From the NCBI GenBank assembly GCA_030390025.1, contig CM059432.1, forward strand, positions 5,270,001 to 5,334,000: a stretch of 64,000 nucleotides of DNA, given 5' to 3'. Below are positions 11,770 through 24,812 of this stretch, piece after piece. Below the pieces are notes generated by a model, which was given only the letters and a program-made list of their open reading frames with translations, searched no databases and was not told the origin of the DNA. The position numbers and the translations under genes are program-made. Source of the DNA: Squalus acanthias (lineage: Eukaryota). Positions within the stretch are counted from its first letter, which is position 1. The number at the start of each line of letters is the position of its first letter.

Positions 11770-12333
11770 TAAGAACATAAGAATTAGGAGCAGGAGTCGG
11801 CCATTCGGCTCCCTCGAGCCTGCTCCGCCATTCAATAAGATCGTGGCTGATCTTCTGCCTCAACTCTACTTTCCCGCCCGATCCCCATATCCCTCGATTC
11901 CCCTAGAGTCCAAAAATCTATCGATCTCTGTCTTGAATATACTTGACTTCACCTGACGAAGGAGCAGCCGCTCCGAAAGCTTGTGATTTCAAATAAAACT
12001 GTTGGACTATAACCTGGTGTTGTGCGACCTCTCACTTTTGTACACCCCAGTCCAACACCGGCATCTCCGCATCTTGAATATACTCAACGACTCAGTATCC
12101 ACAGCCCTCTGGGGAAGAGAATTCCAAAGATTCACCACCCTCAGTGAAGAAATTCCTCCTCATCTCAGTCTTAAATGGCCGACCCCTTATCCTGAGACTA
12201 TGCCCCTAGTTCTAGACTCTCCAGCCAGGGGAAACAACCTCTCAGCATCTACCCTGTCAATTCCCCTTCAGAATCTTATATGTTTCAATGAGATCTCCTC
12301 TCAATTCTTCTAAACTCGAGAGAGTATAGGCCC
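11770..12333 (-). mobile_element. CR1 LINE 3' fragment, interrupted at 11944-12071
   Basis: CR1 3' UTR and RT C-terminal remnant. Confidence 0.88.
11944..12071 (+). mobile_element. 128-bp Penelope-type mini-insert with minimal hammerhead motif
   Basis: 13-bp TSD TCTTGAATATACT (11931-11943, 12072-12084); CTGACGA-A-GGAGC/GCTCC-GAAAGCTT core. Confidence 0.75.
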
Positions 12334-12703
12334 ATTTACAATAATTTGGTTGTTTTTCTTTAATAGAAAGTTGAAGACTTTACTGCAACAGTTACAAAGT
12401 CAGAAATAGTTTCACTTTAGTATATTCAACTTAACCTTTCCATTTTAGCTCAAATCCCCATTTTAGTGTCACACTGAGGGAAATGTTACGTTGCTGGCGA
12501 TGAGATGTTAGACCGAGCTCTGGACTGCCTGTTCCAATAGTTCGGGTGAAGCTTCAAGATCCTACGGTACTACTTGAAGAAAAGCAGGGAGCTCTGGTGT
12601 CCAACATTCCACTCGCAACCAATACCCCGCAGCAAAAAACCGCATGAACCAATACCTGGCTGTCAATTGTGGCTCAGTGGGTCGCACTCTTGTTTTTGTT
12701 TTT

Positions 12704-13754
12704 GGGACTGGAAGCCTGTGTCCAGTGGTGTACCGCAGGGATCGGTGCTGGGTCCTTTGCTGTTTGTAGTGTACATTAATGATTTAGATGTGAATGTAGG
12801 AGGTATGATCAGTAAGTTTGCAGATGACACGAAAATTGGTGGGGTGGTAAATAGCGAGGAGGGAAGCCTCAGGCTACAGGACGATATAGACGGGTTGGTC
12901 AGATGGGCAGAACAGTGGCAAATGGAATTTAACCCTGAAAAGTGTGAGGTGATGCATTTTGGGAGGTGATGCATTTTGGGAGGATTAACAAGGCAAGGGA
13001 ATACACAATGAATGGTAGGACCCTAGGAAGGACAGAGGATCAGAGGGACCTTGGTGTGCATGTACATAGATCCCTGAAGGCAGCAGGGCAGGTAGATAAG
13101 GTGGTTAAAAAGGCATATGGGATACTTGCCTTCATTAGCCGAGGCATAGAATATAAGAGCAGGGAGGTTATGATGGAGCTGTACAAAACGCTAGTTAGGC
13201 CACAGCTGGAATACTGTGTGCAGTTCTGGTCACCACACTATAGGAGGGATGTGATTGCATTGGAGAGGGTGCAGAGGAGATTCACCAGGATGTTACCTGG
13301 GCTGCAGCGCTTCAGCTATGAAGAGAGACTGGTCAGGCTGGGGTTATTTTCCTTAGAGCACAGAAGGCTGAGGGGGGACCTGATTGAGGTGTATAAAATT
13401 ATGAGGGGCATCGATAGGGTAGATAGAAAGGAACTTTTCCCCTTAGTAGAGGGGTCAATAACCAGGGGGCATAGTTTCAAGGTAAGGAGCAGGAGGTTTA
13501 GAGGGGATTTGAGGAAAAACTTTTTCACCCAGAGGGTGGTTGGAATCTGAAACTCACTGCCTGAAAGGGTGGTAGAGGCAGGAACCCTCACAACATTCAA
13601 GAAGCATTTAGATGAGCACTTGAAACGCCATAGCATACAAGACTACGGACCGAGTGCTGGAAAATGGGATTAGAATAGACAGGGCTTGATGGCCGGTGCG
13701 GACACGATGGGCCGAAGGGCCTCTTTCTGTGCTGTATAACTCTATGACTCTATG
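12704..13754 (+). mobile_element. CR1 LINE RT/3' fragment splitting a SINE
   Basis: SGVPQGSVLGP, KFADD; 17-bp tandem duplication frameshift near 12947-12980; ACTCTTG repeated at 12686 and 13755. Confidence 0.93.
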
Positions 13755-13808
13755 ACTCTTGCACTTTGGAGTCATGAAGGTTGTGGGTTCAAGTCCCACT
13801 CCACTGAC

Positions 13809-14928
13809 TTAAGCTCAAGATCTAGGCTGGCACTCCAGTGTAGTGCTGAGGGAGTGCTGCACTGTCAGAGGTGCCGTCTTTTGGTTGAGACGTTAAACCT
13901 CTCAGGTGGATGTAAAAAAATACCATGGCACTATTTTGAAGAAGAGGAGGGGAGTTCTCTCTGTGTTTGATCTGCTCATTATCACATTGCTGTTTGTGGG
14001 AGCTTGCTGTGCGCAAATTGCCTGCTGCGTTTCCTACATTATACAACAGTGGCTAATGTTCAAAAGTACTTCATTGGCTGTAAAGAGCTCGGCTATTGAG
14101 GTACTTTTCTGTGATTCAGAACATCCGAGTCACGTTCACCCATCTCTGACCTACATTGGCTCCCGGTCCGGCTAAGCCACAATTTTAAAATGCTCATCCT
14201 TGTTTACAAATCCTTCCATGGCCCTCGCCCCCTCCCTATCGCTGTAACCTCCTCCAGCCCTACATCTCTGCGCTCCTCCAATTCTGGCCTCCTGAGCATC
14301 CCTGATTTTAATCGCTCCACCATTGGCGGCCGTGCCTTCAGCTGCCGAGGCCCTAAGCTCTGGAATTCCCTCCCGAAACCTTTCCGTCTCTCGGCCTCTC
14401 TCTCCGCCATTAAGACGCTCCTTAAAATCTACCCATCTGATCTAATTTTCTCCTTATGTGGCTCGGTGTCAAATTTTGTTTTATAACGCTCCTGTGAAGC
14501 GCCCTGGGGATATTTTACTACGTTGCCGGACCGGGAGCCAATGTAGGTCAGCGATGGGTGAACGGGACTCGGATGTTTTGAATCACAGAAAAGTACCTCA
14601 ATAGCAGAGCTCTTTACAGCCAATGAAGTACTTTTGAACTTTAGCCACTGTTGTATAATGTAGGAAACGCAGCAGGCAATTTGCGCACAGCAAGCTCCCA
14701 CAAACAGCAATGTGATAATGAGCAGATCATCTGTTTTTAGGCGTTGGTTGAGGAATAAATATTGGCCAAAACACAGAGTGAACCCCCCTCCTCTTCTTCA
14801 AAATGGTGCCGTGGGATTTTTTTACATCCGCCTGAGAGGTTTAACGTCTCAACCAAAAGACGGCACCTCCAACAGTGCAGCACTCCCTCAGCACTGCACT
14901 GGAGTGCCAGCCTAGATCTTGAGCTTAA
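13809..14928. repeat. Local inverted duplication (arms 13809-14172 and 14525-14928) of a SINE plus junction DNA around an L2 fragment
   Basis: Unique junction GAGCTC..CTATTGAGGTACTTTTCTGTGATTC..CCGGTCCGGC present in both orientations. Confidence 0.88.
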
Positions 14929-15241
14929 TGTTGTTGTAGTCTCAGGCGGGCAGCAGACCTGAACACTGACATCGAATCATAGAACGGTTACAGCACAGAA
15001 GGAGGCCGTTGGGCCCGTCGAGCCCGTGCCGGCTCTCTGCAAGAGTCCTTCAGCCAGTCCCGCTCACCACCCGCCCTTTCCCCCCGTCGAGCCCTGCAAA
15101 TGTTTCCTTTTCAAGTCTGCATCCAATTCTCGATAGAGCTGCCAATTCATTTTTTTTTGTTGGTACTTTCCACTTCTGCTGCACTTGTCAAAGAACTAGT
15201 AACACGGGCGACTTCAATGTGAAGGATTCGTTCTTTCTCAG

Positions 15242-15420
15242 GTGCTGGTCCTCAGTCGGCAACCACCAAGTTGGGAGGCAGGAGCTCTCAATCGGCGAAC
15301 GATGTGAACGAATAGGAACCATCGAGCACGAGTTCCTTCATGCACTGGGCTTCTGGCATGAGCAGTCAAGATCCGATCGCGATGACTATGTCACGATAAT
15401 GTGGGACAGAATTGACAACG
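15242..15420 (+). CDS. MEP1B: Meprin A beta exon 7 (zinc-binding [12 protein letters not shown])
   Basis: Astacin HEXXHXXGXXHE motif; AG/GT flanks. Confidence 0.97.
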
Positions 15421-15517
15421 GTAAATTGGGAAGGTGCTGTGCCAGCGGATGCCGTATTGTCAGTACTGGCGACATAAGGCTGTTACTTGACGCGTTTTCT
15501 TTTTGCTGTTAATTCAG

Positions 15518-15736
15518 GTAAAGAGCACAATTTCAACAAATACGATGACAAGGAAACTACTAACCAGAACATACCGTATGACTACACCTCCGTGATGCAC
15601 TACAGTTCCACGGCATTTAACAATGGCTCTGAACCAACCATAGTCACCAGGATTGCAGACTTCCATAATGTGATTGGGCAACGTTTAGATTTCAGCGACT
15701 ATGATCGTCTGAAACTCAATCGACTCTACAACTGCT
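15518..15736 (+). CDS. MEP1B: Meprin A beta exon 8 (Met-turn SVMHY)
   Basis: KEHNFNKY...PYDYTSVMHYS...GQRLDFS...LYNC; follows a 97-nt intron. Confidence 0.97.
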
Positions 15737-16139
15737 GTGAGTTCCCGTGATTTGGATAGAATTGGAAGATCTTGATTACTCCGGCAGGCAGGATCAAATT
15801 ACACATTCCAGACAAACTGGTGGGTGTGGCTTGTCCTCCAAGGGGACCAATCAGAAATTTGGTGCTGCAAATAGACACGACCTAGGATTGGGCGAGGGTG
15901 GAATTTGCAACAAGTTAGTAAGTGTAAGGAAAATAAGAAGAAGCGCATCACTTCAATGACCGTAGAGGCTGAGGTCTTCCAGGCTTTAGTCACAGGTCCT
16001 GTGTACAGGTAATCGCCATGTATCTGTAACCAATGGATCCTCAACTAGATCCTTGTGCAGACCTGCACTGTGCTTCTCGTTGTGTCTCAGCACCTACCAA
16101 CACTAATAAATTGTGGATGGCTGTTTTTTATGTCATCGG

Positions 16140-16890
16140 AACATGAGAAATGGGAGCAGGAGAAGGCCCTTCCAGCCTGCTCCGCCATTCAACAAAATCA
16201 TGGCTGATCTTCTTCCTCAACTCCACTTTCCCGCCTGATCCCCATATCCCTTGATTCCCCTAGAGTCCAAAAATGTATCGATCTCAGCCTTGAATATACT
16301 CAACGACTCAGCATCCACAGCCCTCTGGGGTAGAGAATTCCAAAGATTCACAACCCTCTGAGTGAAGAAATTCCTCCTCATCTCAATCCTAAATGGCCGA
16401 CCCCTTATCCTGAGACTATGCCCCCTAGTTCTAAGGCTCTCCAGCCAGGGGAAACAGCCTCTCAGCATCTACCCTGTCAATCCCCCTCAGAATCTTATAT
16501 GTTTCAATGAGATCACCTCGCATTCTTCTAAACTCCGAGAATATAGGCCCATTCTACTCAACCTCTCCTCAAAGGACAGCCCTCTCATCCCAGGAATCAA
16601 TCTAGTGAACCTTTGTTGCACCACCTCTAAGGCAAGTATATCCTTCCTTAGGTATGGAGACCAAAACTGTGCACAGTACTCCAGGTGTGGTCTCACCAAG
16701 GCCCTGTACAATTGTAGTAAGACTTCCTTACTCTTGTACTCTAACCCCCTTTGCAATAAAGGCCACATGCCATTTGCCTTCCTTATTGCTTGCTGTTCCT
16801 GCATGTTAACTTTCTGTGCTTCCTGTACAAGGATATCCAAATCCCTCTGAACACCAACATTTAATAGTTTCTCACAATTTAAAAAATATT
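16140..16890 (-). mobile_element. CR1 fragment hosting a MITE (resumes 22018-22047)
   Basis: CR1 RT remnant; host AAAAAATATT continues as GTGTTTTTCTATTCTTCCTACCAAA after the insert. Confidence 0.88.
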
Positions 16891-19800
16891 GGCCCAGATA
16901 TTCCGATCGTAGGCCTCCCGCGGGAGGAGGGCTGCGATCTGGAAAAATCTGCGCCCTTACCTGACGGCTCCCGGGAGGTGCAGAGTTCCGCTCCTGGGCC
17001 TCTCCAAACTGCCGGTGCGCAGGGCCCACGTATCCCAGAGGCGCAGGCGGTTCGCAGCGTTCCTGGGATCACGTGAGCCATGGGGAGCCAATCAGAGAAG
17101 GGAATCTCCCTTCATACATTTGACAGGAAGACCTGTCAATTATATGAGTGGAGATCACCCCAAAACATAGTAAAACTTCAAATAGTTTTTTTTTTAATCA
17201 CATTTTTAAAATAACTTGAAATTACATAAATTAACTATTTTAAACAAAAATTTAAATTTTTGAAAAAAATAATTAAAGTTTTTAACAGGGCTAAAAATAA
17301 ACTTACCTTTCTTTAAAGTATTTTTAAATGATAAATCAGTGGGAAATTTTTTTTAAAACTTTTTTCAACTCTTATCCTGGTAAAAGCAGGCCTTACGCCT
17401 GCTTTTACCAGGCGCAAGAATTGTAAGTGTTTTCTGCGGGCGGAGTGTCTCCAAAAAGCGGAACTATCCGCCCGCAGAGGCCCTTCTCCCGGGCAGCCGG
17501 AGGATCTGTCAAGAGCTTTCTTGACAGATCAGAAATAGAAACAGAGAAACATAGAAGATAGGAGCAGGAGTAGGCCATTCGGCCCCTCGAGCCTGCTCCG
17601 CCATTTAATGAGATCATGGCTGATCATCCAATTTCAGTACCCTGTCCCTGCTTTCTCCCCATATCCCTTGATCCCTTTAGCCTTAAGAAATATATCTAAC
17701 TCCTTCTTGAATATATTTAATGAATTGACCTCAACTGCCTTCTATGGCAGAGAATTCCACAGGTTCACCACTCTCTGGGTGAAGAAATTCCTCCTCATCT
17801 CAGTCCTAAATGGCTTACCCCTTATCCTTAGACTATGACCTCTGGTTCTGGACTCACCCGCCATCGGGAACATCCTTCCTGCATCTAGTCTGTCTAGTCC
17901 TGTCAGAATTTTATAAGTTTCAATGAGATCCCCTCTCATTCTTCTAAACTCTAGCAAATAGAAGCCTAATCGACCCAATCTCTCTTCATACGTCATTCCT
18001 GCCATCCCAGGTATCAGTGTGGTAAATCTTCGCTGCACTCCCTCCATGGCAAGAACATCCTTCCTCAGATAAGGCGACCAAAACTGCACACAATACTCAA
18101 GGTGTGGTCTCACCAAGGCCTTGTACAACTGCAGCAAGACATCCTTGCTCCTGTACTCGAATCCTCTCGCTATGAAGGCCAACATACCATTTGCCTTCTT
18201 AACCGCCTGCTGCATCTGCATGCTTACCTTCAGCGACTGGTGCACAAGGACTCTCAGATCTCGTTGCACTTCCCCTTTTCCCAATCTATTGCCATTCAGA
18301 TAATAAACTGTCTTCTTGTTTTTGCCACCAAAGTGGATAACCTCGCATTTATCCACATTATACTGCATCTGCCATGCAACTGCCCAATCACCCAACCTAT
18401 CCAAATCATACTAGAGTTTCTCTGCATCCTCCTCACAGCACACACGCCCACCCAGCTTTGTGTCGTCTGAAAACTTAGAGATATTACATCTAGTTCCCTC
18501 GTCTAGATCATTAATATATATTGTGAATAGCTGGGGTCATAACACCGATCCCTGCGGTACCCCACTAGTCACTGCCTGCCACTCGGAAAAAGACTCGTTT
18601 ATTCCAACTCTTTGCTTCCTGTCTGCCAACCAGTTCTCTATCCAAATCAGTACCTTACCCCCAATTCCATGTGCTTTAACTTTGCACGCTAATCTCTTAT
18701 GCGGGACCTTATCGAAAGCCTTCTGAAAGTCCAAATACACCACATCCACTGGTTCTCCCTTATCTATTCTACCAGTTACATCCTCAAAAATTTCCAGTAG
18801 ATTAGTCAAGCATGATTTACCTTTTGTAAATCCATGTTGACTTTGTCCGATGCTGTCACTGTTTTCCAAGTGCTCTGCTATTACATCTTTTATAATGGAC
18901 TCTAGCATTTTACCCACTACCGATGTCAGGCTTACCGGTCTATAATTCCCTGTTTTTTCTCTACCACCTTTTTTAAATAGTGGGGTTACATTAGCTACCC
19001 TCCAATCCATGGGACCTGTTCCAGATTCTATAGAATTTTGAAAGATGACCAGCAATGCATCTACTATTTCTAGGGCCACTTCCTTACGTACCCTAGGATG
19101 TAGATTATCAGGCCCTGGGGATTTATCGGCCTTCAATCCCACCAATTTCCCTAACACCATTTCCCTACAAATACTGATTTCATTCAATTCCTCCCTCTCA
19201 TTAGACCCTATGTTCCCTGACATCTCTGGGAGTTTATTTGTGTCCTCCTTTGTGAAGACAGAACCAAAGTATGTATTTAATTGGTCTGCCATTTCTTTTT
19301 TCCCCATTATAAATTCCCCTGATTCTGACTGCAAGGGACCTACGCTTGACTTCACCAATCTTTTTCTCTTCACATATCTATAGAAGCTTTTACAGTCAGT
19401 TTTTATGTTCCCTGAAAGCTTACTCTCATATTCTATTTCCCCCTCTTAATTAATCCCTTTGTCCTCATTTGCTGAATCCTAAACTGCTCCCAATCCTCAG
19501 GTTTGCTGCTTTTTCTGGCCAATTTATATGTCCTTTCCTTGGATCTTATGCTATCCCTAATTTCCCTTGTTAGCCACGGTTGAGTTATCTTTTTTGTTTT
19601 ATTTTTATGCCAAACTGGGATGTACAAATCCTGTAGTTCATCCATGCGATCTTTAAATGTTTGCCATTGCCTATCCACCGTCAACCCTTTAAGTAACACT
19701 CCCCAATCCATCCTAGCCAACTCGCACCTCATACCATCGTAGTTTCCTTTATTTAAATTCAGGACCGCAGTCTCTGAGTCAACTACTTCACTCTCCATCT

Positions 19801-22017
19801 TAATGAAGAATTTATCATATTATGATCGCTCCTCCCCAAGGGGCCTCGCACAACAAGATTGCTAATTAATCTTTTCTCATTACATAATACCCAGTCTAAG
19901 ATGGCCTGATCTCTCATTGGTTCCTCGACATATTGGTCCAGGAAACCATTCCGTATACACTCTAGGAATTCCTCCTCCACAGTATTGTTACTAATTTGGT
20001 TAGCCCAATCTATATGTAGATTAAAGTCACCCATGATAACTGCTGTGCCCTTATTGCACGCATCTCTAATTTCCCGTTTAATGCCATCTCCAACCTCAGC
20101 ATTACTGTTTGGGGGTCTGTATACAACTCCCACTTACGTTTTCTGCCCCTTGGTATTTCTCAGCTCTACCCATACAGATTCCACATCATCAGAGCTAATA
20201 TCCTTCCTTACTATTGTGTTAATCTCCTCTTTAACCAGCAATGCTTCCACCTCCTTTTCCTTTTTGTCTGTCCTTCCTGAATATTGAATATCCCTGGATG
20301 TTGAATTCCCAGCCTTGGTCACCCTGGAGCCATGTCTCCGTAATCCCAATTATATCATATCCGTTTACATATATTTGCGCAGTTAATTCATCCACCTTAT
20401 TACGAATGCTCCTTGCATTAAGACACAAAGCCTTCAGGCTTGTTTTTTTAACACTCTTTGTCCTTTTAGAATTATTATTTACTGTAGCCCTGTTTGATTT
20501 ACACCTTTGATTTCTCTGCCTTCCACTTTTGCTTTTCTCCTTCCTGTCTTTTGCTTCTATCCTTGCTTCCCTTTCCTCTGTCTCCCTGCACAGGTTCCCA
20601 ACCCCCTGCCATTTTAGTTTAAACCCTCCCCAACAGCGCTAGCAAACACTCCCCCTAGGACATCGGTCCCGGTCCTGCCCAGGTGCAAACCTTCCAGTTT
20701 GTACTGGTCCCACCTCCCCCAGAACCGGTTCCAATGTCCCAGGAATTTGAATCCCTCCCCCTTGCACCATTCCTCTAGCCACATATTCATCTGAAATATC
20801 CTTCTATTTCTACTCTGACTAGCACATGGCACCGGTAGCAATCCTGAGATTACTACCTTTTGAGGTCCTATTTTTTAATTTACCTCCTAACTCCCTTTAT
20901 TCAGCTTTTAGGACCTCATCTCGTTTTTTACCTATATCGTTGGTACCTATATGCACCACGACAACTGGCTGTTCACCCTCCCCCTCCAGAATGCCCTGCA
21001 GCTGCTCCGAGACATCCTTGACCCTTGCACCAGGGAGGCAACATACCAACCTGGAGTCTCGTTAGCGGCCACAGAAACGCCTATCTATTCCCTTACAATA
21101 GAATCCCCTATCACTATAGCTCTCCCACTCTTTTGCCTCCCGTCCTGTGCAGCAGAACCACCCATGGTGCCAGGAAGTTGGTTGCTGCTACCTTCCCCCG
21201 ATAAGCCATCTCCCTCAACAATATCGAAAGTGGTATATCTGTTTGAGAGGGGGATGTCCACAGGGGACCCCTGCACTATCTGCCTGCGCCTACTACTCTG
21301 CCTGGTGGTCACCCATTCCCTTCCTGCCTGTGCAGCCTTTACCTGCGGTGTGACCAACTCCCTAAACATGCTATCCACGATGTCCTCAGCATTGCGAATG
21401 CTCCAGTATGCATCCATTCGCAGCTCCAGCGCTGCAATGCGGTCTGCCAGTAGCTGCAGCTGGATACGCTTCCTGCACACATGGTCAACAGGGACACAGG
21501 AAGTGTCCCTGATTTCCCACATGGTGCAGGAGGAGCATGCCACGGGGCTGAGCTGTGCTGCCATGACTTACCCTTTAATTAATTTAAATTAACTCAAATC
21601 AATACCACAAATTACACTACAATTAAATGATATACTCAAGGGCCCTTGTATATTAGCCCTCCCTGCTACACAACAGAGACCTTAGAAACTATAACCACAA
21701 AAATTAGGACCTTCTAAACTTTATAAACTATTAACCTTAACTGTCAAACTACAGAGTAGTATAAATACTCACCTGGCCGTACTCACCCAATCAGCTGCTT
21801 CCTCTTATCCGCGTCACTTTTTGAATTGTGACGTGGCTCTGGAATGCCGCCGCCGGTCTGTGAGATTGGTAAGCTGCTGAAAAAAGCCCGCGAAAGTGAG
21901 TTTAAATACTCACTGTGCTGCTGCTCTCTACGCTCCCGACACTGGCTGGCATTTCCAATGTCCCTACGGGTGGGTACACAGCGCGTACCCACCCGTAGGG
22001 ATCGGAATATCCGGCCC
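16891..22017. mobile_element. Harbinger-like MITE family A copy 1, containing a nested CR1
   Basis: TIRs GGCCCAGATATTCCGATC / GATCGGAATATCCGGCCC; 3-bp TSD ATT; homologous to 38832-39580. Confidence 0.82.
17537..21940 (-). mobile_element. Near full-length CR1 LINE (ORF1 zinc finger + SGNH esterase, ORF2 APE + RT), disrupted
   Basis: ORF1 CSSC..., GRAIVIGDSIVR; APE CLNARSIRNK, GDFN, SDH; RT YRPVSLTS, DFQKAFD, GVPQGSVL; several stops and frameshifts. Confidence 0.95.
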
Positions 22018-22169
22018 ATTGTGTTTTTCTATTCTTCCTACCAAAAGTCATGCTCTCAATGTCCATAATGAGACAGGGCAAAGATCACTGTGGAACAAGG
22101 ACACAGACTGAAAGTCCTTTTTATCATGACCTGAAACTGTAGAAAAGAAATGTTTGGTGCAGGTAGAAT

Positions 22170-22440
22170 GAAGAAAGAAAGATCTTGCATCATTACATCA
22201 TCTTTCACAACCTCAGCACATCCCAAAGCACTTCACAGACAATGAAGCACTTTTTGAAGTGTAGTCACTGTTGTAATGTAGGAAACGTGGCAGCCAATTT
22301 ACGCACAGCAAGCTCCCACAAACAGCAATGTGATAATGACCGGATAATCTGTGTTTTAGTGATGTTGGTTGAGGGATAAATATTGGCCCAGGACACCGGG
22401 GATAACTCCCCTGCTCTTCTTTGAAATAGTGCCATGGGCT
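22170..22440 (-). mobile_element. Deu-domain SINE 3' part
   Basis: Match to other copies. Confidence 0.85.
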
Positions 22441-22488
22441 CCTTAAAAGTATTTCATTGTTTAGCAATTTTTGTTTTGAAGACTACAT

Positions 22489-23233
22489 GGGGGAAAGATT
22501 CGGTTGCTTTGTGCCTCCCGTTAGCGCCCTAAGTAACGGGGCGCAAAGCAACTAGCGCCCGGGCGCGGCGCTGCCAACACCTCCCGCGAAATACAGCGGG
22601 AGGTTAGCGGTGGCGGTAACCGTTAGCACCCCATGGCGCTGCGCCGCCGGCGATGACATCATCGCCATGCGCAGCGCCCTGCTCGCGCCCCGGCCGCGAT
22701 GTTTGGTAGCGCCCCCTGAATTACCGCCAAACGCTATGTCTGACGGGGTCAGGGGGGGCCTACCTGCGGCCGGGGCGGTGCTATTTAAAGGCGAGGTGCG
22801 GAGCAGCCATTTTTGTTGCTGGCTGCCTGCCAGCACTTGCCTGCGCTCCCATCCCCGGCCTCCTGAACCAGCCACCCACCCCCGCGGAGTGCCGGATGCG
22901 CTCCATGAGCCTGGCATGTCTCGTGAGTGCCGGGCTCTTTTGCCGGCACTCCGATCCCCGGTGGCCCAGCTGGGCCCTGGGTCGCGCTGCGCAAGGCCCC
23001 TCCCCTTTAAGATTGGGAGGAAGGCCAGCAATACTGCGGCGCCATGCGCTGCTGCACATAGTGTCGCGATATTCCCTCGCAGCGCCCCAAGACGGAGGCG
23101 GGGCGCTTGCAGTAGCTCCGCTTCCCTCTTGGGGCGCTACCACTCAATTTCGGCTGCGGGGGGCGCTAATTTTTTCGGGGAGTGCCCCGGCAAAGTTAGC
23201 GCCCCAAAGGGGGCGCGACTCAATTTTCCCCCC
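22489..23233. mobile_element. GC-rich MITE family B
   Basis: Termini GGGGGAAAGATT / AATTTTCCCCCC; 3-bp TSD CAT; repeated TTAGCGCC motifs. Confidence 0.7.
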
Positions 23234-23363
23234 CATATCCTTTAACTTTATCCCCCCAATTTCCTCCCTGGGCCACACACCATCTGTCGGAGAGTACATC
23301 AGCAAGCAAACTGCTCTCAATTGTACTTTAGCCCGAGAGCAGCCCAGAGAGGACTCTTCGAAA

Positions 23364-24046
23364 GGGCTAGAAATTTGCCTCCTTTGCGTTTCCCGTTAGC
23401 GCCTCCAGGGGGCGATAACGGGGCGCTAATGACTTACCGCCCGGGCGCGGTGATGGTACCGCCGCCCGCGAAATTCACCTGGAGGTTTGCGGCGGCGGTA
23501 ACCCCTAGCGCCACGCTCTCCTGCGCCCGGAGATCGTGACGTCGTCCGGCTGCGCGGCGCCCCGGACCCGAAATTCAGTTCCGCCCCCTGCAGCATCGCC
23601 GGGCGACAACACCGAGAGCTGCAGGAGGCCGTTGTCCGGGAGGCCGGGCGCTTTGGGAGCGCTAATTAAAGGTAAGGCCGCTGGTCTTTAGGAGAAATGC
23701 GTGATTGATCAGCCCTCCTCTTCGTTAGAGAGCTTGGGGCTGATGGTCGAGGATCCTGGCTGCCGTCGGCGACGAGGGAGATCATTGAAATGCAAAGCCT
23801 GCAGCGATGGCCCTTCCCTTTGAGGGAGGGAAGGAGCGCTCGGATCCCGGCAGTGCTGTGGTGGTCAGGTGGTCATTGTGCCGCGCTGCACCTCTACCGC
23901 CCCTCCTGCCTGGTTTAGTGCTCCACTTCCTCCCTGAAGCGCTAACACTGATTTACCAAACGCTGAGAATGATCGGCGCCTGGCACTAATTTTTCCAGCT
24001 TTCAAAATTTAGCGCCCCAAACAGGGCCAGACCGAACTTCTCCCCC
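23364..24046. mobile_element. GC-rich MITE related to family B
   Basis: Shares CCCGTTAGCGCC start and TTAGCGCCCCAAA end; TSD not evident. Confidence 0.5.
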
Positions 24047-24297
24047 TTTCTCTCTCTCCATCTTCCTCTCCCCCCCTCCCCCCCTCACATAGAGACACAA
24101 GGCTCTGCTCAGTACCACCCACAGTGATGTGGCCAGTATTAGAACTCCGAAGGGGAGGGGGACATCAAATCTGCAAATATTCCTGGGTGTCTGACATATT
24201 AGGACACCGGGCTACATCCAAACAGTCTTTCACTGTAGGAGGCGTTCAAGTCGACACACTCAAAACCAAATGTAAACCTTTTAAATGCACTGAAGTT

Positions 24298-24630
24298 ATC
24301 TCTGTAACCTCCTCCAGCCCGCCAACCCCCCGAGATCTCTGTAACCTCCTCCAGCCCCACAACCCCCCGAGATCTCTGTAACCTCCACCAGCCCCACAAC
24401 CCCCCGAGATCTCTGTAACCTCCACCAGCCTGACAACCCCCCGAGATCTTGGTAACCTCCTCCAGCCCCACAACCCCCCGAGATCTCTGTAATCTCCACC
24501 AGCCCCACAACCCCCCGAGATCTCTGTAACCTCCACCAGCCCGACAACCCCCCGAGATCTCTGTAATCTCCTCCAGCCCTACAACCCTCCGAGATCTTGG
24601 TAACCTCCACCAGCCCCACAACCCCCTGAG
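24298..24630. repeat. 37-bp minisatellite x9 inside an L2 fragment
   Basis: ATCTCTGTAACCTCCTCCAGCCCCACAACCCCCCGAG with exact 37-nt period. Confidence 0.95.
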
Positions 24631-24812
24631 ATATCTGCGCTCCTCTAATCCTGACCTCTTGCGCATCCCCGATTTTAATCGCTCCACCACTGGCGGCCAT
24701 GCCTTCAGCTGCCTGGGGCCCTAAACTCTGGAATTACCCCCATAAACCTCTCCGCCACTCTCTCCTCCTTTAAGATGCTCCTTAAAAACCTACCTCTATG
24801 AGCAAGCTTTTG

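Noticed and set aside
5697..13754. Segmental duplication of two near-identical CR1 copies
   Set aside because: Flanks differ and 5' truncation points differ, so independent insertions of one young subfamily
22552..23539. Long overlapping ORFs
   Set aside because: GC-rich MITE sequence with few stops and no recognisable domain
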